This document shows, piece after piece, positions 36,550 to 48,484 of a stretch of DNA of 64,000 nucleotides. Source of the stretch: Azolla caroliniana (lineage: Eukaryota > Plantae > Polypodiophyta); assembly GCA_043228905.1 (NCBI GenBank), contig JBHGNT010000007.1, forward strand, positions 16,740,001 to 16,804,000. Direction: 5' to 3'. The notes under the pieces are model-generated. The model was not told the origin of the DNA. It saw only the letters and a list, made by a program, of their open reading frames with translations, and searched no databases. A program made the translations under genes and the position numbers. Numbering within the stretch: position 1 is the stretch's first letter; each line of letters opens with the position of its first letter.

Positions 36550-36990
36550 TCCGGTAGCCGGTTCCATTTTGCTTGCCGGTCGGTTCCGGTTCCGATTTTG
36601 CTTGCAGACCGATTCCGGTTTGCTTGCCGGTTTCGGTTTCGGTTTTGCTTGCCGGCCAGTTTCCGGTTTTGCTTGCCGGTTCCGGTTCCGGTTTTGCTTG
36701 CCGGCCGGTTCCGGTTTGCTTGCCGACCGGTTCCGATTCCGGTTTGCTTGCCGGTTTCGGTTCCGGTTTTGCTTGGCGGCCGGTTCCAGTTTGCTTGCCG
36801 ACCGGTTCCGATTCCGGTTTGCTTGCCGGTTTCGGTTCCAGTTTTGCTTGCCGACCGGTTGCGGTTTGCTTGCCGGTTCCGGTTCCGGTTTTGCTTACCG
36901 GCCGGTTTCCGGTTTTGCATACCCGTTCCAATTCCGGTTTTGCTTACCGGCCCGTTTCGGGATTTGCTTACCGGACCCGTTTCCGGTTTT
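36550..36990. repeat. CCGG-rich degenerate tandem array in the G LTR (copy at ~47730-48170)
   Basis: Interleaved (T)CCGGTT and TTGCTTGCCGG units. Confidence 0.95.
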
Positions 36991-37295
36991 AGGGATTTTG
37001 GCCACCATCATCCATCAAGACAAAGTGGCCAAAGTTCTCTCAGCACAAATGAAAAATGAGGGAGCTCAAGGTGTTTATATAGCCAGGGCCTTAACTTTCC
37101 TATCTATGTGGGATAGTTCTAATATCTCTATCTAATCAAACTTCATTTTCCCATAACTTGATATGTATTTCTCCATTTTGTATATAGTAAAATACATTTT
37201 GAAGCTCTTGAGTATATCCATCTTTCTATAGTAAGCTACCAATCTAATCTATAATAATTATTTCATTATTTTTTTACATAGTGTGTGAAGATTCA

Positions 37296-39446
37296 AGTAT
37301 TTCCCGATCTCCACGAATTCGCCTTCGTAGTCCTCTTCTATGAAAGTAATCAACACCCGAGCATAGGAACTTGCAAAGAAATCCAGGCCAACATCATCTT
37401 CATCAGAATGTCGATCTTCTTCTCCATCGTATCTCGCTCGTGATAGCATGTCTGCAACGACATTACGCTTCCCAGCTACATGACGGATCTCCGGGTTGAG
37501 TGATTTGATATATGCAATCCAACGCAACATGGCAATATCCGGTGTATTGCAACCAGATATCATACCCAAAATTGGTAGGCAATCTGTCTCAATTATGACT
37601 TCTGCTCCAATAAGGTAATCACGATCAGATTTGATTGCCGAGACGATCCCCCATAGCTCCCTCTTCACTTGGGCATACCTTCTTTGCCTGTCACTTAACA
37701 CTTTCGCGCCAAACCGAATTGCATATCGGTTGCAATCTTCATCTTCTTGATTGATAACCCATCCAATTCCGATTGGACTAGTATCCACAGTCACGAAAAT
37801 GGGCTTGTCGTATGAATAGTCCGCTTTCCGTAATGCAGGTGCCTCCATCAAAATTTTCTTCAACCTTCGGATGGCGATTGTATGCTCGCTCGTCCATTCG
37901 AACATCCGCTTCTTCTTTAGTAGACCATATAATGGCTCCGCAATGTGGGCGTAGTGTGGAATCCAAATATGATAAAACGCGCATGCTCCAAGGAACCTTC
38001 GAACCTCCGTTTGGGTTACACATTCTTCTTTCATGTCTTGAATTGCATTCACCTTGGATGGTGAAGGCTTCCGACCGTATGCTCCACACAAGTGACCTAC
38101 CACCAAGATCTCTGGTTGCCCGAATGCGGATTTTTCTCCCGAAAATGTCAAATTCGCATCTTTGAGCCTTTGGAGCACCTTCTCGCAATCTTTCATATGA
38201 TCGATGACGAACTTTCTACATCCATCCTTATCTTTTGATTCATCCTTCTCTTCATCCGAACATCCTTTTATCGGAATATCATCTAAGAATGGCATCGTGA
38301 TATCCGGGATGCAATCCTTCAAGACCTTGTTCATGGCATTCACCATATGAGCCACCGAGTTCGTTGCGCCTTGAGGTAAGGTACACATCCGCACCAACCC
38401 GATTGGAGTTCTCATGGTTGTAATGTCACGACTGTCGACCGCCAACTGGAATTGATCGTAGCCAGAGTAAAGATCGCCGATGGAGTAGATGGACCGGCCC
38501 GCAAACGCCTCGGCAAATTCATCCACACTCGGACCGATTCCAGCATTCCGAATTGTCACCTTGTTGACGGGTTGAAGATCTTGAATGAATCGCAACGATC
38601 CATTCTTCTTTGGCACCGTGAACCACCTATTAGAATAAGGAGCATTCGACGGTTCTAGAATTCCCATTCTCACCTTCTCCTTTAAGAGCTCGATCAACTT
38701 CGGTAGGTGTGCTCTCGGAACCGGTATCGGTTTCAAATTCCAAGGCACATGCGGCACCGTGAAGATCACCATCGGTTCTACCGTCCTTGGATTAGCACAC
38801 CCGATTTCTTGTGGAAAAAACGCGAAAGCCTTCCCATGTCTTTCAAGCATTCCACGAAACATCCGCTCCTCTTCAGGGAGGAGGAAATCCTCCCTTCCAA
38901 CTCGTAGCTTTCCCTTCGTCTCTTCAGTGAAGACGTGACCAATTGTATTTGGGTTCCTTAAGCTTGGATCTTTTGCAACTTCCTTCATCTTTTGCCAGCT
39001 ATCTTCCGGTAGCGGAACTGCAACTGGCTTGATCTTCCTATCCACGGTTTTATATTTTGTGTTGACTTCGACTTCCTCTATCAAGATTCCTCGATGATAT
39101 TCATCGATGATAGTATACATGTTGACGGAGTTAACCGAAATCACATGTCGATGGTGAGGATAGCTCAAATCCACGACTTCCTCGATTTCGCCGATGGTGT
39201 CGTTAAATGAGGCTTCCTCCAGAATATATGACACGAATTCTTCTTCTTCAATTATGCTTTCTTCTTTCAGCACCTCCTCGAAGTCTTGTATCTGACACTG
39301 TTCCTTCTTGTTGAGTAGTCTAAGTTTGCATGCGCCGCCAGGTGTGACGCATGTTGCTTCTCCTTGCAATCCACGCACTTTGCTTCCTTGTGGGGACTTA
39401 TGATTGCTCGGACTATTTGTGCCCCATGCTTCAATAGTCCGCTTTA
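37296..39446 (-). pseudogene. Element G pol (RT, RNase H), open in the -1 frame from the gag stop and truncated before integrase
   Basis: LPQGATNSV, FLDDIP, VDTSP and ADMLSR; ends at EIGKYL, fused to the LTR. Confidence 0.92.
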
Positions 39447-39453
39447 AAAATCC
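39391..39453 (-). promoter_or_regulatory. Predicted -1 ribosomal frameshift signal (G_GAU_UUU plus H-type pseudoknot) in G
   Basis: The heptamer directly precedes gag UAA. Stem1 CGGACTATT/AATAGTCCG, stem2 TGGGG/CCCCA. The -1 frame is open into pol. Confidence 0.75.
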
Positions 39454-40990
39454 GAGGATTCGCCTCCAAGGCTATCTCGGTTCCTTTCATGATTAGCTCG
39501 AACCGTCAGGAATTGAACGGATTTTTTACTATCAAGACTCTTGACGCGCGCGAAGGCTGCTCCATTATCGAACACCTTGGTCTCCATCCGGGACGATGTT
39601 ATATATGGTTGTCCTAGGATGACGGGATGTGAAGCCGAGTCTTGCACGAAGAAGTGTTGATCAATCTCTACATCCCCAATCGTGACTTTAACGTTGGGGC
39701 AAGCTCCGTACAAGTCCTCCGTAGCCTTCGTCGCCGCTCGAATCTTCCATCCGTGGTTTGTATTAATCGGCCATCTTCCTTTCTTATAGAACTCGGTCGA
39801 CATGAGGTTGATCTCAGAGCCATGGTCAATCAAAGCGACCACGGTCTCTTTCTTCTCCCCGATCTTCACGGGTGTCTCCGTTGTCGCTCTTGCCCAATGA
39901 GGCCGCGAGTAATGGCTATCCGCCACCACTTCTTCTTCTTCCTCCTCTTCCGATCTTGCCATGGTTATGGCACTTGTTTTGACCTCCTCTTCATCAGATT
40001 GTTGTCGCTTCCTCTTAATAAGGTCCACGATAGTATCATGGAACTCCTTCTTCGCGATCCCAAGTAGCTCTCTCAAGGTAAGGTCGACATGACTATCTAA
40101 AACCTTCTCCTCAAGGACCTTCCGCAAGTTAGTTGTTTGTTCTATGTCCGACCTTAGCTTGTAAGTCGGTGCCGCTCGTTCTTTTCCTTTCTTCGTTGAT
40201 TCTTCGACTTCCATCCGAGCAGGTTGGCTCGATCCACTGGGCTTCATGTTTGTTTCACCAATCTCTTTTCTTGGGATAGGTTGGGGTGACCCTTCTTTCC
40301 CTCCGTTCCTCGTGTTAGGTCGCTTTGATGTGCCATCTTCTTCACCAGTTCTCTTCCTCTTCTCTTCGACAAGGGCTTCATAGGTGTCACACACAACCTC
40401 CGCAAAGCTTGTGTTTTCATCGATTGGATCTGACCATCCAGTTGCTCGTCGCACGTTTCGGTCAGCAAGTTTTAGATCCTCCGAATTGATTTTGCCTTTT
40501 TCTTCGCACTCGAAGACCGTTGGCCAAAACCCAGCTCCTGGCTTGATCATTTTAAGATTCTCTTTTCCAACTCGTATCCCAGCCGAAGCAGCATAGTGCA
40601 TAGCCTCCACATGCCTTGCATCTTCTTCTTCTACAATCTTTTTCAGCCCACCTCTTCCGAAGTTCACTCGTAGTGGCTTCCGGGTCTCGCTTGAGTGAAT
40701 CATGTTGCCGTCCAAATAGACGACATTCTTGCGGATTGCATCTTGCAAGTCAGCACATTCCCTTCGTGAGTGTTCAAAGCTATCACACCACACACATCTA
40801 TACGCTTCTTTTCCCTTGGGCCCGCGTCGACCTAAGTTGGCTAGCGATACCGCTTCAAACTTCTTGGAGAGCTCTTCGATTATAGACTCCTCCATTGCTT
40901 TCTTGTCGAAATTGTTGATCGGCTTACCTGGCTCAATCGTCGTAGGTGCCTTCTTCCACAATTGTGGATTCTCAACCTCAGCTTCCTCTT

Positions 40991-43900
40991 TGTCGAATAC
41001 ATGTGTATAATGGACGTATTCACACTATCCCGTTTTGGCCATTTATGTAATTAGCATAAAGGGTAGTTGCCCTAAGTCGGTCACTATATATAGTGACCTT
41101 GTAACCTCTTTGTGAGGTTGGTTGTTGTATTCTTGTTTATGCAATAAGAAAGTTCTTTTGTGTGTCTCTCTCTCTCTCTCTCTCTCTGTGCAACGACCTA
41201 CATTCTGTCATACGTAGGAGAAGAACAGAACTGAATGCTTCAAGATCTTCCGCATTGACGACCTCGCTTCCAACATCTGGTATCAGAGCAAGGTTCGGCC
41301 GTCATCACCGCCTGCACAGCATTCGGTTCTTCACTTCATCTCGGCCTGCACAGTATTCGCGTCATTCGAAGAAAGAGAGAAGAAGAACAAAAAACGAGGT
41401 TTGCACCTCATCGAGTTAGATCCTCTTGCTTAGAGTAAGCCCTCAGGTTGTACTCTGTTCCTTGTGATCGTAACCGCTCGAGGTGAAATCCCCTTGTGCA
41501 TCATTGACACGATCGTGCTCCATTCGGTTAAACGGCATCCGAAGAGGTCACCAAACGCTGCTCGTTGTAACCACTCGGTGCAGATCGGTCTCAACACAAC
41601 AACCCCAAATTCGTGCTTCATCAGGCTGATCGACATTCGAGAGGATCAGTTGGATCTATCTCTCTCGTCGCTGCAGTCAACCGAAGCAGAATCGGTCCAG
41701 ATAATCGGTTTCAATAATCGGTACTCGGCACATATATCCGAAGCGAACCGGGCTCACTCCGACTCAGCAACACTCGGGAAGACCAGTCGGTTCTGTCCCT
41801 CAAGTTACCGGAGTCAATTCGAGCAAGTTCCGAAGCTGAACCGACTCGGGTTCAAATCCGACCAGAACGATATCGGGTGAGCCAACCGGCTGCACTCCAA
41901 CAAGGTTCACAGTCAACTCCGAACCGAGCTTCGTCAACCGAAACCGAATTTGATGGCATCAACATCAGGCTCGTCAGAAATGAGTCTACGAAAGTTCGAT
42001 GGATCGAACTTCAACTTCTGGAAGGAACAAATGCAGGACTATCTCATAGTCAAGGGGCAAATCGACCCCATCGAAAATGAAGAACCTCCAGAAGGATACA
42101 AACCAATTGAGTGGCAGAAGCTGGACCGAATTGTCCGCGCCACGATTCGGATGCACCTATCGGAATCGGTATACTTTACGGTGCAATCGTGTACGACAGC
42201 ATTCGAACTGTGGAAAACACTGTCGGACACTTACGAAAAGAAGGTCGCCGCAACGAAGATGTTTCTGATCCGGCGCCTCTACAACTTGCGGATGAAAGAA
42301 TCCGATTCGGTTCAAGCACACCTCAATGAGTACGAAAGCATAAGCTCCCAAATCTCGTCACAGGGGACGGCAATCGAGGATGAACTCAGAGCAATGATAC
42401 TCATGAGCAGCCTTCCCTCATCATGGGAAACTTTCGTCACAACCGTGTGCAACGCGTCAACCACGGCTGTTAAATACTCCGAAGTCACGAGCGCAATCCT
42501 GACTGAAGCAGCTCGGAGAAAGTCTTTTGCCAAAGACTCAACAGATGACGCTTACGTAGTACAAGGTTCGACAGACCGATCGAACATACGAGGAAGAGAT
42601 TCCTCACGACCGCCGAACAATCAGCGAAGACGGAGCCAGTCACGGGATAACCGAATCTGCAACTACTGCAAGAAACCCGGACACATCAAAGCCGACTGCC
42701 GCGCACTCAAGAACAAGAACAACAAGAAGAGTGGCCGGCATGAGGAGATCAATTACGTCAGCTTCTCAGCTGATGTACTACCGGACGACCCGAATATACT
42801 ATCAATCGAAAATCCAGTCGGATCAGAAGTTCTGCTCACGACTGAAGAATCGAGCACATGGCTCTTAGATTCGGGCGCGTCATTTCACGTGACTCCTCAT
42901 CGATCCCAATTTCGGCAATATACGATCCGTCACTCCGACTCAGTTCGGGTCGGCAACTCGCAACACTGTGACATCATCGGAATCGGCACAGTAGAGCTCA
43001 ACCTTGCAGGTGGCTCTACACTTGTACTCCACAATGTCCGACATGTACCCGAGCTCTCAAGGCCATTGATCTCAGTCGGACAACTAGATGAAGACGGCAT
43101 TCGTGCCGGTTTTTCTTCGGGAGGGTGGACACTCCACAGGGGGAACCTCCTGCTTGCTAGAGGACCCAAGATACACTCCCTGTATCCGTTACATGTTACG
43201 CTCAGAGAGGGTAACCTGTTTCTGGTGGATATTCCTGTGTCATCACTATGGCACCGAAGATTAGGACACCTCAGCAAGGCCGGCATCACGCACCTATCTA
43301 GAGCCGGATACATCCCCAAACTCTCCTTCTCGGACCATCAATTCTGCGAGCATTGCCAGTATGGCAAACAAGCCGCCGCATCACACCCGACATCAGCACC
43401 AAGAGAAACGAGACCTCTCGATTTGGTCCACTCGGACGTCTGCGGCCCAATGCCGCATCAGTCTCTAGGCGGTGCCTCTTACTTCGTCACTTTTATTGAC
43501 GATTCGACTCGAAAGGTGTGGGCTTATCCAATTCGCGCTAAAGATCGTGTCTTCTCGATCTTCACCGATTGGCTCGCTATGGTAGAAAATCAAACCGACC
43601 GAAAGCTGAAATGCCTTCGGACAGACAATGGGGGAGAGTTTAAATCCGAAGAATTCGTCAAATTCTGCCGACAACGCGGCATCCGACGTGAATTTACGGC
43701 ACCACACAGTCCGGAGCAAAACGGGATTGCCGAACGCATGAATCGGACAATCCAAGAACGGATAGTTTCCATGCTCCAACACTCCGGACTATCGGATGGC
43801 TTCTGGGCAGAGGCTCTACTCACGGCAGTACACATAATCAATATGTCGCCAAGTAGACCTCTAGGACTTCAAATTCCTCAGGAACTATGGATCGGCAGTA

Positions 43901-46444
43901 AGCCGAATTACGACAAGCTGAGGATCTTCGGATGCGAGGCGTACGCCCTTATTCCGAAAGATGATCGCCGAAAACTTGCACCTCGGTCCAGGAAATGCAT
44001 TTTCCTTGGATATGGATCCGACGGCGAAATGGGATACCGACTCTGGGACCCCGAATGCAGACAAATCGTTCGAAGTTCGGACGTTGTGTTCAACAAGTCG
44101 GCTATGAATCCATCAGTCGAAAAACCGATCGAAGTCCGAAGGGTAACATTTTCCGATGTGCCGACCCTTCAAGAAGGCCCTGCTCTCAACACACGGTCAG
44201 CTTCACGGGTAGCTGAACCTTACACTACCGACTCGGACAACCCCGACTCGGCACAGCAGAACAATCCGCTTTCGGACCATCCGACCCCGATACCCGATGC
44301 GACCAGTCCAATCATACCTCGACGATCCGAGAGACTGTCGCAACCTCCGGAGAGGTATTCTCCTGGAATCTTCTTCACCGACGCCGGCGAACCGACGTCT
44401 TACGAAGAAGCATCGACATCTGTCGATTCCGCCACCTGGCATCTGGCGATGGAGTCGGAAATGCACTCCATTCGGGCAAACAAGACTTGGGATCTGGTCG
44501 AATTACCTAGGAACCGACGTGCTCTTCCTTGCAAGTGGGTTTATCGACTAAAAGAGACGTCTGATTCGACCACCCCAAAGTACAAGGCCAGATTAGTTGC
44601 GAAGGGCTTTCGACAAGCATATGGCGTCGACTTCGACGAGATTTTTTCACCAGTGGTGAAAATGACAACCCTTCGTTTCCTACTCGGCGTAGTGGCAGCT
44701 GACAACTTGGAGCTGATTCAGCTAGATGTCAAAACAGCCTTCCTCCATGGTGATCTCGAGGAGGAAATTTATATGGAGCAGCCAAAAGGCTTCGTGGCAA
44801 CCGGCCAATAACATCTAGTCTGCCGACTCAGGAAGAGTCTATACGGCCTCAAACAGGCACCACGACAATGGTACAAGAAGTTTGACGACTTCATCCAATC
44901 GATCGGCTTCTCCAAAAGCGATGAGGACCATTGTCTCTTCACCAACACAGCTCAAGATGGATCACCCATCTTCCTCATCATTTACGTGGACGACATGCTA
45001 ATTTCTGGACGCCACGCGGGCGAACTTGCCGATCTCGTTCGGCAACTGCGGTTGAAGTTTGCCATGAAGGACCTCGGTCCGGCACGACACATCCTTGGCA
45101 TGAAGATTAGTCGGCATCGCGATAAACGACATCTTTTTTTGTCTCAGACCGACTATACCCGACGTGTCTTAGAACGCTTCAACATGCAATCAGCCAAATC
45201 TGCTTCAACCCCGCTCCCCATGAATCTTCGGCTCTCTCAGCGAGACTGCCCGACATCCGGTCCGGAGGGGGAAGATATGAAGTCGGTACCGTATGCACCG
45301 GCAGTCGGCTCCCTTATGTACCTGATGGTCGCGACACGGCCTGATATTTCTCACGCCGTAGGAGTCGTTAGCAGATTCATGCACAATCCTGGCCGATCGC
45401 ATTGGAACGCAGTCAAGCATGTGTTCAGATATCTGGCTGGCACAAAAGACCATGGCATTCTTTTCGGTCCGAACCGAACCTCAGGCGTAGTCGGTTACAC
45501 CGACTCGGACTTCGCCGGCTGTATAGACAGTCGGAAATCTACAACCGGATACTGCTTCAAATTCGGCAATGGAGCAATCTCGTGGAAGTCGAAACTTCAG
45601 GAGTGCACAGCGACCTCAACGACCGAAGCAGAATATGTAGCTGCGTCCGACGCAGCAAAAGAAGCTTTATGGCTCGGTCGGCTGGCGCACACGTTTCGAC
45701 AAGTCGACCATGACTCGGCTCCAGTTGTCTACAGCGACAGTCAAGGTGCTGTTGCCCTGTCGAAAAATCCGGTTCACCACAACGCCTCCAAACATATCGA
45801 CGTTCGATATCACTTCGTTCGGGACTGCGTCATTTCAGGGAAAATCGGTCTAGAGAAAATATCCACAACCGACAATGTCGCAGATGGAATGACCAAATGT
45901 CTTTCGGCAGACCGTTTTCGGTCTCTTCGGCATCAGATGGGCGTAACGACAAACCAGTCCGGTTAGAGCCGGACACAGAGCAGGATGGTTCCCGACAACC
46001 GACATCAGTTCCTTAATGATCGGCTTCAACACGTCCGACCCGACCAGTTCGGTCTTCTGCCATCGGATCCTGCCGACTCGAACAAAGCTGATATGTCCGA
46101 GAACCTAAGTCTATACCTGTAATCTTAGATAACCCATGTATACGCCCATTACGGGGGAGTGTCGAATACATGTGTATAATGGACGTATTCACACTATCCC
46201 GTTTTGGCCATTTATGTAATTAGCATAAAAGGTAGTTGCCCTAAGTCGGTCACTATATATAGTGACCTTGTAACCTCTTTGTGAGGTTGGTTGTTGTATT
46301 CTTGTTTATGCAATAAGAAAGTTCTTTTGTGTCTCTCTCTCTCTCTCTCTCTCTCTGTGCAACGACCTACATTCTGTCATACGTAGGAGAAGAACAGAAC
46401 TGAATGCTTCAAGATCTTCCGCATTGACGACCTCGCTTCCAACA
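40991..46444 (+). mobile_element. Copia element F, same family as E; innermost insertion
   Basis: 285-bp LTRs at 40991-41275 and 46160-46444 (1-2 differences). Perfect TSD CTCTT; PBS-Met 41278-41289; PPT before 46160. Confidence 0.97.
41953..45966 (+). pseudogene. Copia F gag-pol with a single nonsense codon at 44809-44811
   Basis: Nearly identical to the E protein; GAA in E is TAA here, and the frame continues to 45966. Confidence 0.95.
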
Positions 46445-48484
46445 CTCTTGCCATTGTCGCCGCTTATCAAAACGGCTGCAAGCCTTCTTCACCGCCGCCC
46501 AGTCTGCTACCAAACCATTTGGTTGTGTTTCATCCTCCAAGAAACTACCCAATTCTCGCCGATCTTTCGCATCCATTGCCTTTAGGAATAGCAAGACGTT
46601 ATCTCCGTCGAGAACTCGTTGCTCGACACTCGGAAGTCGGTTGTACTTCTGGTCAAATTCGGCATAAATTCCCGATGCACACAGATTCTTCCCTTTCTTC
46701 TCGATCCAATTCATTAACACATGCCGAGTCATCCGCGATGCGTCTTCAAGCATGTATTCAGTGAGAAGAGCCCTTTCGAACTCCGCCCAAGTTGCATGCT
46801 CGTTTTGGATCTCCATCACGCGCTCACGGATCCCGGGTTCTACCACACGCTTAAAGCTTGAAATTTGTTTTGGATCATGGACATCTCTTTGTTGCATCTC
46901 ATTCCGGTAGGTAGCAAGGAAATTTGTGATGTTCTTCCCACCGAATCTTCCAACTGTCTCTACAGTTCGGTCAACAGCTTTGTCGACTAAAGCCTCCCGA
47001 TCTCTCTCTTTCAGCATGAATTCGACAACGGACACCATGCCTTTCGTCAATTCTTCTCCTTGAGTTCCACTTGTCGAAGCCATCTTCGAACTTGATATCC
47101 TCCTACTGCCTCGTTTCACGTCGGGTTCACCAAAGATGTCGCGAAAATACGACAAGGATACGCGAACTTTGAGGCAGGACCCCGGGGCCTCCGACCAGAA
47201 GATATCGGATTCGTATGATTATATTAAACAATTAATGCAAAATGATAAAGATTCACAAATTTCATTAATAAAGGGAAAAGAAATTACAATATGTCCCAAG
47301 ATTGGGATTTAGAAGTTTTAGGTTTACTAAGATTAATAGAAAAGAAAAATTAGGGGTTTTGGTAGATATGGCTTCCGTAGGGAAGATTAGGATTCGGTTC
47401 TATGAGTATTATGGCTTCCTAAGATAAGGGAGTTGAGAAGAAAATTAAGATAATATGGAGAGTCTATTCTTGTCTAGGAAAAAAAAAAATGGAATAAAAA
47501 TGGAGTTCTCTCTTGATCATAGCCTTTTCACTTTTTGTTGCATGGCCTCTCTTTTTAGTTGCCTAGCTTTTTCTTTTGGTTGCATGTGATTGTCCACATG
47601 ACCTTTACTTTTTCCATGCACTCCCTTCTTTAGTTGCTTGCGTCCACATGGCCTTTACTTTAGTTCTCTTCACTTTACTTTAGTTTGTTGCATGATCCAA
47701 TCTTTCGTCCGTCCGCGTCCAACATCGTCCGGTAGCCGGTTCCATTTTGCTTGCCGGTCGGTTCCGGTTCCGATTTTGCTTGCAGACCGATTCCGGTTTG
47801 CTTGCCGGTTTCGGTTTCGGTTTTGCTTGCCGGCCAGTTTCCGGTTTTGCTTGCCGGTTCCGGTTCCGGTTTTGCTTGCCGGCCGGTTCCGGTTTGCTTG
47901 CCGACCGGTTCCGATTCCGGTTTGCTTGCCGGTTTCGGTTCCGGTTTTGCTTGGCGGCCGGTTCCAGTTTGCTTGCCGACCGGTTCCGATTCCGGTTTGC
48001 TTGCCGGTTTCGGTTCCAGTTTTGCTTGCCGACCGGTTGCGGTTTGCTTGCCGGTTCCGGTTCCGGTTTTGCTTACCGGCCGGTTTCCGGTTTTGCATAC
48101 CCGTTCCAATTCCGGTTTTGCTTACCGGCCCGTTTCGGGATTTGCTTACCGGACCCGTTTCCGGTTTTAGGGATTTTGGCCACCATCATCCATCAAGACA
48201 AAGTGGCCAAAGTTCTCTCAGCACAAATGAAAAATGAGGGAGCTCAAGGTGTTTATATAGCCAGGGCCTTAACTTTCATATCTATGTGGGATAGTTCTAA
48301 TATCTCTATCTAATCAAACTTCATTTTCCCATAACTTGATATGTATTTCTCCATTTTGTATATAGTAAAATACATTTTGAAGCTCTTGAGTATATCCATC
48401 TTTCTATAGTAAGCTACCAATCTAATCTATAATAATTATTTCATTATTTTTTTACATAGTGTGTGAAGATTCACACGACAGCGG

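Larger units (their letters stand above)
39444..47083 (-). pseudogene. Element G gag-protease ORF split by copia F (46445-47083 and 39444-40990)
   Basis: MASTSGTQ...KRRQWQE, then EEAEVENPQ..., CVWCDSFEHSRREC and protease IDHGSE. Confidence 0.9.
35959..48480 (-). mobile_element. Gypsy element G (tRNA-Trp-primed lineage), integrase deleted, inserted at codon 5 of H gag
   Basis: LTRs 47137-48480 (1344 bp) and 35959-37295 (lacks the last 7 nt), ~2 differences. 4-bp TSD GCGG; PBS 47115-47132. Confidence 0.95.

Noticed and set aside
36460-37135. 139-199 aa ORFs (RFRF/PVPV/GKQ repeats) in several frames, duplicated at 47638-48313
   Set aside because: By-products of a stop-free tandem array inside the G LTR.
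15918-46444. E and F as arms of a large inverted repeat or inversion
   Set aside because: Each has its own distinct perfect TSD and matched LTR pair, so they are independent insertions.
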